Part shown: one piece after another, positions 60,988-64,000 of the stretch
How positions within the stretch are numbered: position 1 is the first letter of the stretch
Layout of the letters: every line of letters starts with the position of its first letter
DNA from: Gekko japonicus
Taxonomy: Eukaryota
Length of the DNA stretch: 64,000 nt
NCBI RefSeq assembly: GCF_001447785.1
Contig: NW_015165238.1
Span: 4,539-68,538 of the forward strand
Reading direction: 5' to 3'
The notes under the pieces: model-generated
Database searches by the model: none
Told to the model about the DNA's origin: nothing
What the model saw: the letters and a program-made list of their open reading frames with translations, nothing else
Made by a program: the position numbers and the translations under genes

Positions 60988-62742
60988 TCTGATAGATATA
61001 AAAGCCCTAATGCATTGACACTTTCCAGCTCTCCCATTGGCTGTGCTGTGTGCTCCATCAGCTACTGGCCGATCAACTGCCACTCAACAGTATTTGTGTG
61101 CCATTGGCTGGGTGCTGGGTTCGCTCCTCTTCCCCACCCACTGCTGCATCAACCACTGTTCCCTCTCAGAATAACTTGCCAAAAATGGCTGTCTCTCCCC
61201 ACAAAGACACTCTGCATCTGGCTGTTTACTGAAACAACTGTTCCCTGTTCAGGAAGAGGATTCTACTGTTGCCGCTTCTCCTGGTTGGCTCCTCCAGGGC
61301 TGGCTGGCTACTGTGTTGAGCCAGCGGCCATCAAATCATTCCCTCTCCTCCTGCTGTTGGGCTGATTTGCTCCTCAGTGGCTGTTGCTAGGCAACCAAGC
61401 TTGGTTCTGTTGGTAAAAAGGTGGGGGGAGGAGACCCTTTCCAGGCCTACTTTGGCCTTTGTGGGGAACTCAATGGGGCCAGTCCTGATTAGGATTGACA
61501 GCTCTAGGTTGGGAAATTCCTGGAGATTTTGTGGTGGAGTCTACCGAAGCCAGAGTTTGGGGAGGGGAGAGGCCTCAGGTCAATATAAGCACATAAAGTC
61601 CACCCTCCAAAGCAGTTATTTTCTCCAGGGGGAGAGAGAGGTCTGTTTTCTGGAGTTCAGTTGTGATACCAGGTAATCTTCAGGCTCCACCTGGAGGTTG
61701 GCTACCCTAGGCCTTACAGTGCCCTCTGGGTGACTTGATAACACCTGGCTGGCATGACTTTACGAGGCCTGGCTGCTTGCTCTTATTTACCATCAGGAGT
61801 CCACCAGGACAGTCAGTGGGGCATAGCAGTTAGCAGTTCAGAGCAGGGTCTACCAGACCCAGGTTATTGCTGTGGAAGGTGAGTGGGTGATTTCGGACCA
61901 GTCACAGACTTTCATCCAACTTAACTCACAGGATTGTTGTGCAGATCAAAAGGGGGAGAGGAGAATAATGTAAGCTGTTTTGGTCCCCACTGTGGAGAAA
62001 GACTACTTTTCCTCCTGGGAAACCATTGTTGCCAATCTCCAGGCAAGGAGTGGAGTTCACTCAAAATTACAATTGCTCCCCAGATGGCAGAGATCAGCTC
62101 CCCTGGAGAAAATAGTGGACTCTGTGTCATTATACCCTGCTGAGGAAGCTATGGAAGCTGATTGGGTGATTTAGGACCACTCACAGACTTTCAGCCAAAC
62201 CTACCTCACAGGGTTGTTGTACAGATCAAAAGGGGGAGAGGAGAATGATGTCCCCACTGTGGAGAAAGACTGTACTCTTCCTAGGTAGAGGCTGCAGGGA
62301 GATGAGTGGAGATGGAAAGCTGAAGTCAAAGGGGCGGATAAAGGTAGGTTGATGGTTGGCTGGGAAGGAGATAGTGTTGCCGCCTCCATGTTGAGAAATT
62401 CATGGAGATTTGAGGGGTCAAGCCTGGAGAGGGTTGGGTTTGAGGAGTGGTGGGACCTTAGACAGGTACAATGTCATAAATTCCACCCTCCAAACCAACC
62501 ATTTCCTCCTGGGGAACCATTGTTGTTAATCTCCAAGTGAGGGCTGGAGATCACTCAGAATTACAACTGCTCTTCAGATGGCAGAGATCAGTTCCCCTGG
62601 AGAAAATGGTTGACTCTGTGTCATTATAGCCAGCTGAGGTTGCCACAGTAAATTGACACTGAGTGCCCAAGGCTGGGGCACCCATCCAGAGCCTCTTTCT
62701 AGAGCTTGTTGTATTTATTTCCACAATGGGCCTTATTCCTAT
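60988..62742 (+). mobile_element. Probable non-autonomous Helitron, followed head-to-tail by a second 5' end at 62743
   Basis: A|TCtgatagatataaaagcc start. The 3' end (62560-62742) is the reverse complement homolog of 59579-59790, including the hairpin and a CTAT|T terminus. Confidence 0.6.
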
Positions 62743-63204
62743 TGATATATAAAAGCCAAGCCATGCTGGTGATGACTCATCTACTCTCCCATTGGCCACT
62801 GGGGAAGCTGCCGTGGCACTCATTGGCTTATCCCACCAGCTGTTCCATTCTTATACCCCACTTTTGCTACATTGCATCTTGGGAGTTATAGTGCTCAGCT
62901 GTGGAGCTGGGGCATGCAAAAGCCTTCCTTAATGAGGAGGCAGTGGATGAGGGTGGCCCATGTTTACAACCAGCAAAGGGCAACTTGGTGGAGAAGGTGG
63001 CTCTTTCGATAAGGTGATCTTCAGCCCCAGGCAAGCATAGCACTTTTGCAGCCTCAGGGTTTGGGACCTGTAGTGGAGTGCCTGCAGCAGTCAGCTGTTT
63101 GGCAGGACCACCTTCCTCTCTCCCCCTCCCTTTCACCCTTCTCCTGCTGCCTCTGGAGGGGGGAGAGGTTTTTTTTTAAGAAAAATTGTCTTAAAATTCT
63201 GGGC

Positions 63205-63402
63205 AGTGACTTGGATGTCATCAGATCTTGGAAGGTAAGCAGGGTTAGTATTTGGATGGGAGCCAACCAAAGAAGTCCAGGATTACTACACAGAGGCGGG
63301 CAATGGCAACCCCCGTCTGAATGTCTCTTGCCTTGAAAACTCTACAGGGTTGTCATAAGTTGGTTGTGACTTGATGGCACTTTCCACTACCACCACCACC
63401 AC
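63205..63402 (+). mobile_element. 5S rRNA-derived SINE
   Basis: tcatcagatcttggaaggtaagcagggttagtatttggatggga head, RTE-type tail, (CCA)n end. Confidence 0.75.
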
Positions 63403-63981
63403 CAAATTTGGGGACAAGAAAGAACTAATTCCCAAAAAGATGGTCCAGAAAGTTCAGGATAACTAAAAGCTTGACCTCCCAGAAATCTTGATCCAAAATT
63501 AACACAATTCTTAATTGAGTACCTACCCCTAATAGATTTGCACTCCTTGCAAACAGAGAACTGGCACAGCAGGGAGAAAGCTTTGATACCCCCCCCCCAT
63601 GGGATTTGCAGGGATTTTTAGTTTTTTTTAAAAAAATTAATATAAAAGCCTTCAGCATCCTTTGGTGTTGTGGTGCATTCCAGAAAACTAGAATTCTATC
63701 ATCTTACCATTTGGCATGTGTAAATGAGGAACTGGTTGAAAGCTTCCAAAATGTGATTCTCCACCTACCACTTGCCATGGTTCAGTCCATTCTACATCCT
63801 CAGTATTTGGCCACCTCATCCCTAACTCTGGCATGACAGAGAGAGAGTGGATAAGGATATATAAGCATGTGGACATAAGATCAAAGGGAATACCACACTA
63901 CATTCCCATAGTCAGTAAAGGCTGTGGTCATTTCTCCAACTGTCTACAAAATATGGTTAAGAAGCTAGGTACCCTCTCCTG

Positions 63982-64000
63982 CAGTGTTCCCTCTAAGCTG
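63982..64000 (+). mobile_element. Left TIR of a hAT MITE cut by the window edge
   Basis: CAGTGTTCCCTCTAAGCTG, identical to 21700. Confidence 0.8.

Noticed and set aside
60990-61400. Histone or corneous beta-protein gene after TATAAAAG
   Set aside because: No matching coding sequence; the motif fits a Helitron-like 5' terminus repeated at 62744.

Overview
Vertebrate genomic DNA, inferred to be a squamate reptile and probably a gecko (Sauria SINE, Squam3-type CORE SINEs with (TCT)n tails, BovB, squamate-type hAT MITEs). The window is an olfactory receptor (OR) cluster built from tandem segmental duplications. One plus-strand family-6/11-like OR subfamily has two intact copies (3260-4309, 36467-37438), one copy with its 5' end in an assembly gap (to 47052) and one pseudogene (27819-29090). 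There is also an intact OR6B1-like gene (25052-25984). A convergent minus-strand OR11A1-like gene is present at 52004-52951 without a local ATG, truncated at 43628-44045, and cleanly deleted at about 9597. The rest is nested transposable-element debris: an ORF1-only L1 derivative, RTE-X-like, BovB, CR1 and L2-like LINEs, Penelope elements with hammerhead-ribozyme motifs, an Ngaro/DIRS-like remnant, a solo LTR, hAT and Harbinger MITEs, SINEs, and a probable Helitron cluster at about 58.9-63.2 kb. Many insertions are supported by empty sites in paralogous units. Assembly gaps lie at 158-619, 23377-23393, 46043-46358 and 47194-47342. I see no prokaryote-type system and cannot claim a wholly new biological system. 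The best leads are OR patchwork homogenisation, an orphan 5' exon upstream of OR6B1-like, the half-L1, the Helitron array and the ribozymes. All alignments and family assignments were made by eye.
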